Part shown: in pieces, positions 19,884-29,915 of the stretch
Numbering within the stretch: the stretch's first letter is position 1
How the letters are laid out: every line of letters begins with the position of its first letter
From: a virus
DNA: 64,000 nt
IMG/VR virus record: IMGVR_UViG_3300021961_000075
Span: 4,519 to 68,518 of that record
Strand: one strand, 5' to 3'
The notes under the pieces: generated by a model
The model's database searches: none
What the model saw: the letters and a program-made list of their open reading frames with translations, nothing else
Told to the model about the DNA's origin: nothing
Program-made: the position numbers and the translations under genes

Positions 19884-19994
19884 ATGAAAGCTAAAAAATC
19901 CCCTTGCTGGAAAGGCTACGAGATGATTGGTATGAAGAAAAAAGGAGGCCGTAAGGTTCCTAACTGCGTACCAAAAGCTCGTAATAAGCGATAG
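19884..19994 (+). CDS. 36-aa basic micro-protein (not in ORF track)
   Basis: MKAKKSPCWKGYEMIGMKKKGGRKVPNCVPKARNKR; CWKGY...VPNCVP motif recognisable from marine phages. Confidence 0.7.
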   Translation: MKAKKSPCWKGYEMIGMKKKGGRKVPNCVPKARNKR

Positions 19995-20013
19995 CTTTAT
20001 AAATTAATATAAT

Positions 20014-20232
20014 ATGAATTTAATAAGAAAGATAAGCGTAGGCAGAGACTACAAAGACTCGGCTATGCACTACGCTGTAGGGCAGGAAGTATATGGTGGT
20101 CACACTATTTGTGACATTATTGAAGATGAATATAAATATACTATTTACATAACAAAACAAAACGAGGTGTTACCTTGGAAAGATTTTAACAAAAATATGG
20201 CGATAAGTATAGAATATAATCTTGAATACTAG
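20014..20232 (+). CDS. Hypothetical protein
   Basis: 72 aa, IRKISVG.DYK..AMHY.VGQ. Confidence 0.7.
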   Translation: MNLIRKISVGRDYKDSAMHYAVGQEVYGGHTICDIIEDEYKYTIYITKQNEVLPWKDFNKNMAISIEYNLEY

Positions 20233-20859
20233 ATGAGAAGTTTAAATGCTTTTTTAGTAGAACCAAAAGAAACCAGGTACCAGAATACAACAAGAGTAAA
20301 TGATATAGATCTTATACTGAATACAGAACTTCAGGATCACAAATTTGTCAGTCGCGTAGGCGTAGTATTAGAAACACCTATACTAGAAAAGACTGGTATT
20401 AAAAAAGGAGATGAAGTAATTGTTCATCACAACGTATTTAGACGTTTCCATAATATCAGAGGAGAAGAGGTGAATAGTAAAAGTTATTTCGAAGAAGACA
20501 AATACTTTGTGTTTCCTGATCAAGTATTCATGTATAAAAGAAATGATAAATGGAAGGCGTTAGATGGTTTTTGTTTTGTAAAACCAATACAGAATAGAAA
20601 GCTTTTTTCTATGGAACCAGAAGAAGAGCTTATAGGCATAATTAAATATGCAGATAATACGCTTGCTAAAAATGGTATAAAAGTAAATGACCTTATAGGA
20701 TTTACACCTGATAGCGAATATGAATTTATCATAGACAACGAAAGGTTGTACAGGGTTCCAACTAATTCAATTTGTATTAAATATGAATATCAAGGAACAG
20801 AAGTTGAATATAATCCAAGCTGGTTACAAAGCGGTAGAAGAGCTAATACGGGTAGCTGA
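20233..20859 (+). CDS. Tandem GroES-like co-chaperonin paralog
   Basis: Two halves each follow the GroES pattern (FLVEP...GVVLETP...IKKGDEVIV; FVKPI...GIIKY...IKVNDLIGF...LYRV). Confidence 0.6.
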   Translation: MRSLNAFLVEPKETRYQNTTRVNDIDLILNTELQDHKFVSRVGVVLETPILEKTGIKKGDEVIVHHNVFRRFHNIRGEEVNSKSYFEEDKYFVFPDQVFMYKRNDKWKALDGFCFVKPIQNRKLFSMEPEEELIGIIKYADNTLAKNGIKVNDLIGFTPDSEYEFIIDNERLYRVPTNSICIKYEYQGTEVEYNPSWLQSGRRANTGS

Positions 20860-21058
20860 AGAAAAGATTATCACTAATACCGAAGAAGATGTTTCTGCAG
20901 ATAGATTAAAAAATGCTGCAGCTACAAAAAAATTAGCAATATTTGATGCTTTTGAAATACTTACACGTATTGAAAACGAGAAAGCATTGTTAGAAAATAA
21001 ACCTATAGAAGACAAGAAAGAATCTTTTAAAGGTTTCGCTGAAAGAAGAAGCAAGTAA
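20783..21058 (+). CDS. Hypothetical protein, possible small terminase subunit
   Basis: 91 aa, helical, coupled to the terminase start; function inferred from position only. Confidence 0.55.
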   Translation: MNIKEQKLNIIQAGYKAVEELIRVAEEKIITNTEEDVSADRLKNAAATKKLAIFDAFEILTRIENEKALLENKPIEDKKESFKGFAERRSK

Positions 21059-23268
21059 TGGAATATCAACAGACCTTATATAAAATCGTTGAGCCAGTCA
21101 AACTAACAACAATACACCGTAGAAATAAAGCAAAGTCTTGGAAATACGGTTACGATAAAGAGTGTGGTATTGTAGTTATAAGTAGGACTGGTGAGATAGG
21201 AGATATATACGAAATACAAAACCTGCATATTGCGCTGCCAAAGCAAGCGGATGTGTATAGCAACAAATCCAGTAAATGGGAACGGTTTGATTACCCGAAG
21301 GAGTTGCAGCGTATAAATACTATATTTGATTGGAGAGATGCTCCTACTGAGTTTAAAGATACGTGGGAGGAGTATATAGATGAAGAGTTTGAAAGACGTG
21401 AAAAAGGTTTTTGGTTTTTAAACAAGGATAAACCAACATACATAACAGGGACACATTACATGTATCTGCAATGGAGCAAGATAGATGTAGGTGCTCCTGA
21501 TTTTCGTGAAGCAAACAGGTTATTCTTTATATTTTGGGAGGCATGTAAAGCTGACGAGAGGTGCTACGGCATGTGTTACCTTAAAAACAGACGTTCTGGG
21601 TTTTCATTTATGTCAAGTGCAGAAACTGTTAACCTTGCTACGATTACATCAGATTCTAGGTTTGGTATACTATCAAAGTCTGGATCCGATGCTAAAAAGA
21701 TGTTTACAGACAAGGTTGTGCCCATATCAATCAACTATCCGTTTTTCTTTAAGCCAATACAAGACGGTATGGACAGGCCGAAGTCAGAACTCGCATATAG
21801 GGTTCCAGCTTCAAAGCTTACAAAAAAGTCCATACAGAATAAAGAAAAAGAAATACTCGAAGGACTTGATACCACGATTGACTGGAAAAACACGGGTGAT
21901 AACTCGTATGATGGTGAAAAGCTAGCATTATTAGTACACGATGAAAGTGGTAAGTGGGAAAGGCCTGACAATATATTAAACAACTGGCGCGTAACAAAAA
22001 CGTGCCTTAGACTAGGTAGTCGTATCATTGGTAAATGTATGATGGGATCAACATCCAATGCGCTGGACAAAGGAGGAGACAACTTTAAAAAGCTTTATTA
22101 CGATTCAGATGTCACGCAAAGAAACCGCAATGGACAGACTCGCAGTGGATTATATAGTTTGTTCATACCTATGGAATGGAACTACGAAGGATTCATCGAT
22201 GCTTATGGAATACCTGTATTCGATACGCCAGAAACGCCGGTTAAAGGACCGATGGGAGAGAGTATTGACATTGGTGTAATAGAACATTGGGAGAACGAAG
22301 TTGCAGGATTAAAAGAAGATCAAGACGCTTTAAATGAATTTTACCGACAGTTTCCTCGATCAGAGGAGCACGCGTTTAGAGACGAAACAAAAAGCAGCGT
22401 ATTTAACCTGGCAAGAATATACGACCAAATAGATTTTAATGAAGAAGCAAAGTATCAAGGTCTTACTACCAAAGGTAGTTTCCAGTGGGAAAATGGCATA
22501 CAAGATACAAGGGTTATATTTGCGCCTAACAACGATGGTAGATTTAATATTTCTTGGATACCGCCTCTAAGTTTACAGAATAAATACGAAATAAGAAATG
22601 GTATTAGGTATCCTGGAAACGAGCATATAGGCGCGTTTGGCTGCGATAGCTATGATATATCTGGAACAGTAGACGGTAGAGGATCTAAGGGTGCGCTACA
22701 TGGCCTTACTAAGTATAGTATGGAAGATGCGCCACCTAATGCTTTTTTCTTAGAATACATAGCTAGACCTCAAACTGCTGAAATGTTTTTTGAAGACGTT
22801 TTAATGGCATTAGTATTTTACGGTATGCCTATGCTTGCGGAAAATAACAAACCAAGATTGTTATATTATTTAAAACGCAGGGGATATAGAGGGTATTCAA
22901 TGAACAGGCCAGATAAAACATATAATAAGCTTTCTACAACAGAAAAAGAGATAGGCGGTATACCAAACTCAGGCGAAGACATTAAACAAGCGCACGCTGC
23001 TGCAATAGAGAGTTATATACAAAAGTATGTAGGTCAGACTAGCGAAGGCAATTACGGTAATATGTATTTCAACAAAACACTTAATGACTGGGCTAAGTTT
23101 GATATAAATAAAAGAACACAGTTTGATGCAACTATATCTTCTGGTTTAGCTATAATGGCCTGCAACAGGCATTTATACACGCCTAAGCAAGAAAGACAAG
23201 CTGTAACGCTGGGTTTTGAATTTAAAAAATATAATAACAACGGATACATTTCAAAAATAATAGAATAA
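21058..23268 (+). CDS. Terminase large subunit
   Basis: Walker A-like KNRRSGFS, Walker B LLVHDESGK, GSTSN, nuclease GCDSYD; lies before the portal. Confidence 0.9.
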   Translation: MEYQQTLYKIVEPVKLTTIHRRNKAKSWKYGYDKECGIVVISRTGEIGDIYEIQNLHIALPKQADVYSNKSSKWERFDYPKELQRINTIFDWRDAPTEFKDTWEEYIDEEFERREKGFWFLNKDKPTYITGTHYMYLQWSKIDVGAPDFREANRLFFIFWEACKADERCYGMCYLKNRRSGFSFMSSAETVNLATITSDSRFGILSKSGSDAKKMFTDKVVPISINYPFFFKPIQDGMDRPKSELAYRVPASKLTKKSIQNKEKEILEGLDTTIDWKNTGDNSYDGEKLALLVHDESGKWERPDNILNNWRVTKTCLRLGSRIIGKCMMGSTSNALDKGGDNFKKLYYDSDVTQRNRNGQTRSGLYSLFIPMEWNYEGFIDAYGIPVFDTPETPVKGPMGESIDIGVIEHWENEVAGLKEDQDALNEFYRQFPRSEEHAFRDETKSSVFNLARIYDQIDFNEEAKYQGLTTKGSFQWENGIQDTRVIFAPNNDGRFNISWIPPLSLQNKYEIRNGIRYPGNEHIGAFGCDSYDISGTVDGRGSKGALHGLTKYSMEDAPPNAFFLEYIARPQTAEMFFEDVLMALVFYGMPMLAENNKPRLLYYLKRRGYRGYSMNRPDKTYNKLSTTEKEIGGIPNSGEDIKQAHAAAIESYIQKYVGQTSEGNYGNMYFNKTLNDWAKFDINKRTQFDATISSGLAIMACNRHLYTPKQERQAVTLGFEFKKYNNNGYISKIIE

Positions 23269-25686
23269 ATGTCAAAAGTATTACCTAGAGGTATATTTCC
23301 TAGCCAAGCTGTTAGTGACGGAGAAAAAGCTAGCTTTGAGTATGGCTTAGAAGTTGCTAAGGCTATAGAAGGCGAATGGTTTAAGAGAGATTCTGGCAGT
23401 GTTAGATTCTATGCAAACCGAGATAATTTTCACAGGCTAAGACTTTACGCTAGAGGTGAACAGTCTATACAGAAATATAAAGATGAGTTGTCTATTAACG
23501 GCGACTTGTCTTATCTTAATTTAGACTGGAAACCAGTACCTATTATTCCGAAGTTTGTAGACATTGTTGTTAATGGTATTGGCGAAAGATTATATGATAT
23601 TAAAGCTTATTCTCAAGATCCAGCAGCTGTTCAAGAAAAAACAAATTACTTGAATGACATATTGAGAGATATGCAAAACGCTGAACTACTTCAAACTATA
23701 CAACAAGAGTTTGGCGTTAACATGTTTAAAACAGATCAAGAAAATCTTCCGCAATCAACAGAAGAACTACAACTTCATATGCAATTAGACTACAAGCAGT
23801 CTATAGAGATAGCAGAAGAAGAAGCAATCAATAATGTTTTAGACTACAACAAGTACAACTTGTTAAAGAAAAGACTTGATTATGATTTAACCGTTGTTGG
23901 TATAGCTTGTGTTAAAAACACATTTAACACATCTGAAGGCATAAAGCTAGAATACGTTGATCCAGCTGATTTAGTTTATTCTTATACAGATTCACCTTAT
24001 TTTGATGATTTATATTATGTAGGTGAAATACGCAGAGTAAGTATTGTAGATCTTAAAAAACAATACCCAGACCTAACAGAAGAAGATATTAAAGATATTG
24101 AAGGCAGTGGAAGTAATTCTATGCTTTATAACAAGTCTTATTCTTCGTCTGATGCTGAAGATAGAAACTACGTTTACGTACTTTATTTTGAATATAAAAC
24201 ATTTAAGAATCAAGTATATAAAATAAAAGAAACATCAAGCGGCGGAGCTAAAGCTATAGAAAAAGATGACACCTTTAATCCTCCAGGCGACTCAAGAGCT
24301 AGATTTGAAAAAGTGTCTAGATCAATAGAGGTATTATATACTGGCGCAAAAGTAATTGGACATCACAAGCTTCTTGAATGGAAACTTGCCGAGAATATGG
24401 TAAGACCAAAATCTGATACTACAAAAGTTCAAATGTCTTACAATATAGTAGCGCCAAGAATTTATAAAGGTAAAATTGAATCGCTTGTAAGTAGAATGAC
24501 ATCGTTTGCTGATATGATTCAACTTACGCATTTAAAATTACAACAAGTACTTTCTCGTATGGTACCAGATGGCGTTTATCTTGATGCCGATGGTATTGCT
24601 GAAATTGATTTAGGTAATGGAACTAATTATAATCCACAGGAAGCATTAAACATGTACTTTCAAACAGGTAGTGTAATTGGTAGATCAATGACGCAAGACG
24701 GTGAGTTTAATCACGGTCGTATACCTGTTCAAGAATTACAGTCTGGTGCTGGTGGTAATAAAATAGGCGCTTTAATAAATTCCTACAATTATTACCTACA
24801 AATGATTCGTGATGTTACAGGACTCAATGAGGCTAGAGACGGTAGTATGCCAGATGAAAGATCTCTTGTTGGTCTTCAAAAATTAGCTGCCGCAAATTCA
24901 AACACTGCTACAAGACACGTGTTACAATCGGGATTATATTTAACCCTTAAAACAGCTGAAGCTATTTCTCTTAGAATATCGGATGTTTTACAATATTCAA
25001 ATACAACAGCTGCGTTTGTGGCTGGTATAGGCAAGTTTAATGTTGGTACGTTAAAAGAAATAGAAAAACTACACTTACACGATTTTGGCATTTATTTGGA
25101 ACTCGCTCCAGATGAAGAAGAAAAACAATTACTCGAAAACAATATACAAGTAGCATTACAAAGAGATCAAATATATCTTGAAGACGCTATTGATATTAGA
25201 GATATAAAAAATACAAAACTTGCAAATCAACTTCTAAAACTAAGAAGACGTAAGAAATCAGAAGAAGATAGAGTTAATCAATTAGAAAATATTCAAGCTC
25301 AATCAGATTCTAATGCCAGAGCAGCACAAGAAGCTGCCGCTGCTGAAATGCAAAAAGAACAGGCTCTTACTGAAGGAAAAGTTCAATTAGAGCAGGTTAA
25401 GGCAAATCTTGAAATGCAAAAGCTTGAAAGAGAGGCCGAGATTAAAAAACAATTAATGCTTCATGAGTTTGATTTAAACATGCAACTTAAACAACTTGAA
25501 ATGCAAGTGATTAATGGTAAAGAAGCTTATAAAGAAGATAGAAAAGATAAGCGTACTAAAATTCAGGCTACACAACAGTCTGAACTTATAGAACAAAGAA
25601 AAGGAAATGTTGGTCCAAAAGATTTTGAATCTGCTGGATTTGATACGCTAGGTGGTTTCGGCCTTGAGCAATTTGAACCTAGATAA
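23269..25686 (+). CDS. Portal protein
   Basis: 805 aa; PIIPKFVDIVVNG, RDVTGLNEARDG, C-terminal coiled coil; position after terminase. Confidence 0.88.
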   Translation: MSKVLPRGIFPSQAVSDGEKASFEYGLEVAKAIEGEWFKRDSGSVRFYANRDNFHRLRLYARGEQSIQKYKDELSINGDLSYLNLDWKPVPIIPKFVDIVVNGIGERLYDIKAYSQDPAAVQEKTNYLNDILRDMQNAELLQTIQQEFGVNMFKTDQENLPQSTEELQLHMQLDYKQSIEIAEEEAINNVLDYNKYNLLKKRLDYDLTVVGIACVKNTFNTSEGIKLEYVDPADLVYSYTDSPYFDDLYYVGEIRRVSIVDLKKQYPDLTEEDIKDIEGSGSNSMLYNKSYSSSDAEDRNYVYVLYFEYKTFKNQVYKIKETSSGGAKAIEKDDTFNPPGDSRARFEKVSRSIEVLYTGAKVIGHHKLLEWKLAENMVRPKSDTTKVQMSYNIVAPRIYKGKIESLVSRMTSFADMIQLTHLKLQQVLSRMVPDGVYLDADGIAEIDLGNGTNYNPQEALNMYFQTGSVIGRSMTQDGEFNHGRIPVQELQSGAGGNKIGALINSYNYYLQMIRDVTGLNEARDGSMPDERSLVGLQKLAAANSNTATRHVLQSGLYLTLKTAEAISLRISDVLQYSNTTAAFVAGIGKFNVGTLKEIEKLHLHDFGIYLELAPDEEEKQLLENNIQVALQRDQIYLEDAIDIRDIKNTKLANQLLKLRRRKKSEEDRVNQLENIQAQSDSNARAAQEAAAAEMQKEQALTEGKVQLEQVKANLEMQKLEREAEIKKQLMLHEFDLNMQLKQLEMQVINGKEAYKEDRKDKRTKIQATQQSELIEQRKGNVGPKDFESAGFDTLGGFGLEQFEPR

Positions 25687-25714
25687 AAAACAACTTATTT
25701 TATAATATTATATT

Positions 25715-26917
25715 ATGTCAGATTACAAAGTAAACTTAGTAAACGATGATACGCCAAGTACATCTGAAAGAGAAGAACAGGTTTTAGAAAACTCTGGTTT
25801 TTCAACAAAAGAAAACGATGGTGTATACAAGGTTAATTTAAACGAACCAAAAGATGCCATTCAAAAGCAAAGCACAGATGAGGTATCTGTTTCTGAAGGA
25901 GCCGAAACTGGCGAAGAAATGGGCGAAGAAGTACGGAGTACCGAAGAACCTACCGAACAAAAAGAAGAAGTCTTAGAACTAATAAAAGAAGATCAAGATG
26001 CCGAGTTGCAACAAACCCAAGAGCAAGGGCAGTATGAAGCCCAAAGCCAAGAAGCAGAGCTACAAAAAGAAGAAGTAGTTCAACAAATAGAACTTCCAGA
26101 GAATATTCAAAAAGTCATAGACTTTATGAAAGAAACTGGTGGTAGTTTAGAAGACTACGTTAGGCTGAACACGGACTATACCTCTGTTGATCAGCAAACT
26201 TTGTTAAGAGAATACTACAAACAAACTAAGCCTCATTTAGATAATGAAGAAATTAGTTTTTTAATTGAAGATAGTTTTTCTTTCGATGAAGACGTGGATG
26301 ACGAGCGAGATATACGTAGAAAAAAACTCGCATATAAAGAAGAAATTGCTAAAGCTCGAAACTTTCTTATTGATTTAAAGGGTAAATATTACGATGAAAT
26401 TAAATTAAATTCAAAACTAGCCCCAGAACAAAAAGAAGCAGTAGAGTTTTATAACAATTATAAAAAACAGCAGGAAGAACTAACTGCTGTGCAGAACAAA
26501 GTTTCTGAACATTTCACAAAACAAACCGATCAAGTTTTCAATAATGAATTCAAAGGTTTTGATTTCAAGGTTGGAGACAACACGTATAGGTTTAAAGTGA
26601 ATGACGTTCAAGAAACCAAACAGGTGCAAAGCGATATTTTAAATGCGTTTAAGACGTTCTTAGGCGAAGACAATATGCTAAAAGATGCCAAAGGTTACCA
26701 CAAAGCTTTGTTTGCTGCTAGAAACGCTGATAAAATAGCAAATCATTTTTATGAGCAAGGTATGGCTGATGCTGTAAAGAAAATGGAGGCAGAAGCTAAA
26801 AATATCAACATGGATCCAAGAAAAATAAATCAAGGATTTGTTGATGCCGGAGGAATGAAAGTGAGAGCTGTTTCTGGCGATGATAGTTCAAAACTAAGAA
26901 TTAAAATAAAAAACTAA
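25715..26917 (+). CDS. Acidic scaffolding-like head protein
   Basis: 400 aa; E/Q-rich disordered N-terminal third; lies between portal and capsid. Confidence 0.7.
   Translation: MSDYKVNLVNDDTPSTSEREEQVLENSGFSTKENDGVYKVNLNEPKDAIQKQSTDEVSVSEGAETGEEMGEEVRSTEEPTEQKEEVLELIKEDQDAELQQTQEQGQYEAQSQEAELQKEEVVQQIELPENIQKVIDFMKETGGSLEDYVRLNTDYTSVDQQTLLREYYKQTKPHLDNEEISFLIEDSFSFDEDVDDERDIRRKKLAYKEEIAKARNFLIDLKGKYYDEIKLNSKLAPEQKEAVEFYNNYKKQQEELTAVQNKVSEHFTKQTDQVFNNEFKGFDFKVGDNTYRFKVNDVQETKQVQSDILNAFKTFLGEDNMLKDAKGYHKALFAARNADKIANHFYEQGMADAVKKMEAEAKNINMDPRKINQGFVDAGGMKVRAVSGDDSSKLRIKIKN
25854..25976 (+). CDS. Overprinted 40-aa basic micro-protein in the +1 frame of the scaffold gene
   Basis: MPFKSKAQMRYLFLKEPKLAKKWAKKYGVPKNLPNKKKKS; A-rich leader with A at -3. 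Confidence 0.6.
   Translation: MPFKSKAQMRYLFLKEPKLAKKWAKKYGVPKNLPNKKKKS
25998..26078 (+). CDS. Overprinted 26-aa basic micro-protein in the +1 frame of the scaffold gene
   Basis: MPSCNKPKSKGSMKPKAKKQSYKKKK; A-rich leader. Confidence 0.4.
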   Translation: MPSCNKPKSKGSMKPKAKKQSYKKKK

Positions 26918-26938
26918 ACAAAAACTAAATTTTAAACA

Positions 26939-28342
26939 ATGGCTATTACATTAGGAAATGGAGTTGTTACTCCAACCCCGCAAAAAGCCGCTTTGCCAAC
27001 TAACTACCTTGATTTTACTTCAAGCGCTGTTGCTGGATGGGCGCAACAATATCTACCTGAGCTTTACGAAGCTGAAGTAGAAAAATACGGAGATCGCTCT
27101 ATCGGTGGTTTCCTTAGAATGGTAGGTGCTGAAATGCCTATGTCATCTGATCAAGTAGTATGGTCAGAGCAAGGTCGTCTACACCTTTCTTACACTGGAA
27201 CTCTTGGAGCTGATATCGCAACTCCAGGTGCTGATGGTGGAACTAACTCTATCAGTGGTCTTGCTTCAGGACACGCTGTACGTCTTAACCAAACTGTAGC
27301 TATCACTGATGGAAGCATCACTGCTAAAGCTATCGTTACTGAAGTAGGTTCTACTTCTATCAAAGTAAAAGGTTACAAAGGTGCTCTTGTTGCTGGTGCT
27401 TCAATGACTGCTGGTGCTGTAACTCTTTTCGTTTATGGTTCTGAATTTAAGAAAGGTTCTTCTAGCATGACCGAAAAAATCGAGCCACAATTCAAATCTT
27501 ACACCAATAAGCCTATCATCCTTAAAGATTTCTATGAAATCTCTGGATCTGATGCTGCTCAAATTGGTTGGGTTGAAGTAAGTGGTGAGGCTGGTCAATC
27601 AGGCTACCTATGGTATGTTAAGGCTGAGGCTGATACTCGTAAGCGTTTCGAAGATTACTTAGAAATGTCTCTGGTTGAAGCTGAAAAATCTGCAACTGAA
27701 ATCCTTGATGGTATTTCTGGAACAGAAGGTCTTTTCGCTGCTATTCAAGATCGTGGACACTACAATGCTGGTGTTGATTCAACTGGTGCTGGTTCTGCTG
27801 CTGCAAACCTAGCTGATTTTGACAATCTTCTTAAAGCTCTTGACAAACAAGGTGCTATCGAAGAAAACATGCTTTTCGTTAACCGCGATTTAGCCCTTAC
27901 TATCGACGATATGCTTGCTGGTATTGGTAACGCTAACTACGAAAACGGTACTTCATTCGGAGTATTCAACAACTCTGCCGATATGGCTCTTAATCTAGGA
28001 TTCTCTGGTTTCCGCAGAGGTTCTTACGATTTCTACAAAACTGACTGGAAATACCTTAACGATGCTTCTACTCGTGGAGCTGCTGACTTCGGTGTACGTG
28101 GTGTATTGATTCCTGCTGGAACTTCTTCTGTTTACGATCAAGTTCTTGGTAAAAACATCAAGCGTCCATTCCTACACGTTCGTTACCGCGCTTCTGAGGC
28201 TGATGATCGTCGTATGAAGTCTTGGATCACTGGATCTGTTGGTGGTGCTACTACTTCTGGAGATGATGTAATGCAAGTACATTACTTATCTGAAAGATGT
28301 TTAGTAGTTCAAGCTGCTAACAACTTCGTATTGTTTAACTAA
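26939..28342 (+). CDS. Major capsid protein
   Basis: 467 aa; WAQQYLPELYE, DQVVWSEQGRLH, GFSGFRRGSYDFYK; strongly biased codons (gct/ggt/cgt) suggest high expression; followed by a terminator. Confidence 0.88.
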   Translation: MAITLGNGVVTPTPQKAALPTNYLDFTSSAVAGWAQQYLPELYEAEVEKYGDRSIGGFLRMVGAEMPMSSDQVVWSEQGRLHLSYTGTLGADIATPGADGGTNSISGLASGHAVRLNQTVAITDGSITAKAIVTEVGSTSIKVKGYKGALVAGASMTAGAVTLFVYGSEFKKGSSSMTEKIEPQFKSYTNKPIILKDFYEISGSDAAQIGWVEVSGEAGQSGYLWYVKAEADTRKRFEDYLEMSLVEAEKSATEILDGISGTEGLFAAIQDRGHYNAGVDSTGAGSAAANLADFDNLLKALDKQGAIEENMLFVNRDLALTIDDMLAGIGNANYENGTSFGVFNNSADMALNLGFSGFRRGSYDFYKTDWKYLNDASTRGAADFGVRGVLIPAGTSSVYDQVLGKNIKRPFLHVRYRASEADDRRMKSWITGSVGGATTSGDDVMQVHYLSERCLVVQAANNFVLFN

Positions 28343-28351
28343 CAATCAACT

Positions 28352-28397
28352 GTAAGGTTTGCCCCTGTCTTTTGGCAGGGGTAACTCTTACTTTTTT
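28352..28397 (+). terminator. Rho-independent terminator after the capsid gene
   Basis: tgcccctgtc-tttt-ggcaggggta stem extended by gtaag/cttac, then a T tract. Confidence 0.85.
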
Positions 28398-28417
28398 ATT
28401 TTATATTATATTTTATT

Positions 28418-29155
28418 ATGGCTAAAAAGCAAGATAATTGGGAGGTAAAAGATAGAGTATATCTTCTAAAAGGTGGCATTGCCCCATTAACGTACACGAT
28501 TAAATCAAAAAATATATTTTGGTTTGACGAAGAAAAAGGTTACGAAAGAGAACTTAAGTACACTACAAACCAAAAAACACCGTTTGTAGACGAATTTGCA
28601 GGTCCTGAAAGATTAGGACACATTGTTTTTGAAGACGGAGCTTTAGTTGTTCCAAAAGAAAAACAACCATTACAAAAACTATTATCATTATATCATCCTC
28701 AAAGAGACAAAATCTACTACGAGTATGATCCAGTAGAAGAAGCAGAGGATGAATTAGAAGTAATAGAATACGAAATTCAAGCCTTGATGCTCGCAAATCA
28801 GATGGATATCGAAATGATGGAAGCTATCATGCGTGTAGAGATTGGTTCTAAGGTCAATAAGATGACTTCTAAGGAGCTTAAAAGAGATTTCTTAATCTTT
28901 GTCAAGGAAAATCCAAAACTGTTCATAGAACTTGCTAATGACGAAAATGTTGGTGTTAGAAACATCGCGGTAAAAGCAGTAGAGGAAAATATTATCAAAT
29001 TATCAGATGATCAAAGAACATTTAAATGGGCGAGCAACGGTAGAATACTAATGACCGTACCATTTGATGAAAACCCTTACTCTGCATTAGCCGCCTGGTT
29101 TAAAACAGACGAAGGTGTTGAAGTTTATCAAACAATTGAAAAACGATTAAAATAA
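28418..29155 (+). CDS. Conserved virion-region protein
   Basis: 245 aa, immediately after the capsid gene. Confidence 0.7.
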   Translation: MAKKQDNWEVKDRVYLLKGGIAPLTYTIKSKNIFWFDEEKGYERELKYTTNQKTPFVDEFAGPERLGHIVFEDGALVVPKEKQPLQKLLSLYHPQRDKIYYEYDPVEEAEDELEVIEYEIQALMLANQMDIEMMEAIMRVEIGSKVNKMTSKELKRDFLIFVKENPKLFIELANDENVGVRNIAVKAVEENIIKLSDDQRTFKWASNGRILMTVPFDENPYSALAAWFKTDEGVEVYQTIEKRLK

Positions 29156-29160
29156 AAAGC

Positions 29161-29187
29161 CCGGGGCCTTCGGGCCCCACTTTTTTT
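29161..29187 (+). terminator. Rho-independent terminator with cUUCGg tetraloop
   Basis: ggggcc-ttcg-ggcccc followed by ac-ttttttt. Confidence 0.9.
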
Positions 29188-29198
29188 AATATACAAAA

Positions 29199-29912
29199 AT
29201 GGCTATAAACGTAAATAAAGTTTACAGGGTAGTTTTATCTATTCTAAACAAAGAACAACGCGGTTACTTAACACCAGATCAGTTCAATAGACTTGGAAGA
29301 CAGGCACAACTAGACTTGTTTGAAAAGTCTTTTTATGATTATAATAGACAGCTTACCAAGCGCAGTATACAAGGTGTTAATAGCGAATACGGTGATATAG
29401 CTGACAATATTGAAGAAAAAATAGATTTATTTGCTGAAAGCAGCATTGTGGCTGTTGCAGCTGGAAAATTTTCTGCGCCAAGCAATTTATACAGAACAAT
29501 ACAATTAGCCACAATAGATAGAAGCGCTGAAATAGAGAAAGTTAAAAAATCAGACTACACTTACATGTCATCTTCTAAGCTTACAGCGCCATCAGAAGAT
29601 TTCCCTGTTTATTATTTTGATAAAGAGGTTTTTAATATTTTACCTAATACAATAACTGGATGTGTAATAGATTATATTAGAACTCCAGAAGATCCTGTAT
29701 GGGGTTATACAATACCTGGAGTTGGTGAAACAAATGCAGGCGCTTATATATATGCGTCAGGCGCTTCAACAGATTTTGAACTCCATCAATCAGAAGAAAC
29801 AAGCTTAGTAATCAAAATTCTTGCTTTAGCTGGTGTTGTTATAAAAGATCCTACAGTGATTCAAGTTGCTCAGCAGCAAGAAACAAATAATATAACTTTA
29901 GAAAACTCTTAA
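29199..29912 (+). CDS. Head-tail connector / tail ring protein
   Basis: ILNKEQRGYLTPDQFN..AQLDLF, YIRTPEDPVWGY; podovirus adaptor position. Confidence 0.7.
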   Translation: MAINVNKVYRVVLSILNKEQRGYLTPDQFNRLGRQAQLDLFEKSFYDYNRQLTKRSIQGVNSEYGDIADNIEEKIDLFAESSIVAVAAGKFSAPSNLYRTIQLATIDRSAEIEKVKKSDYTYMSSSKLTAPSEDFPVYYFDKEVFNILPNTITGCVIDYIRTPEDPVWGYTIPGVGETNAGAYIYASGASTDFELHQSEETSLVIKILALAGVVIKDPTVIQVAQQQETNNITLENS

Positions 29913-29915
29913 TAA

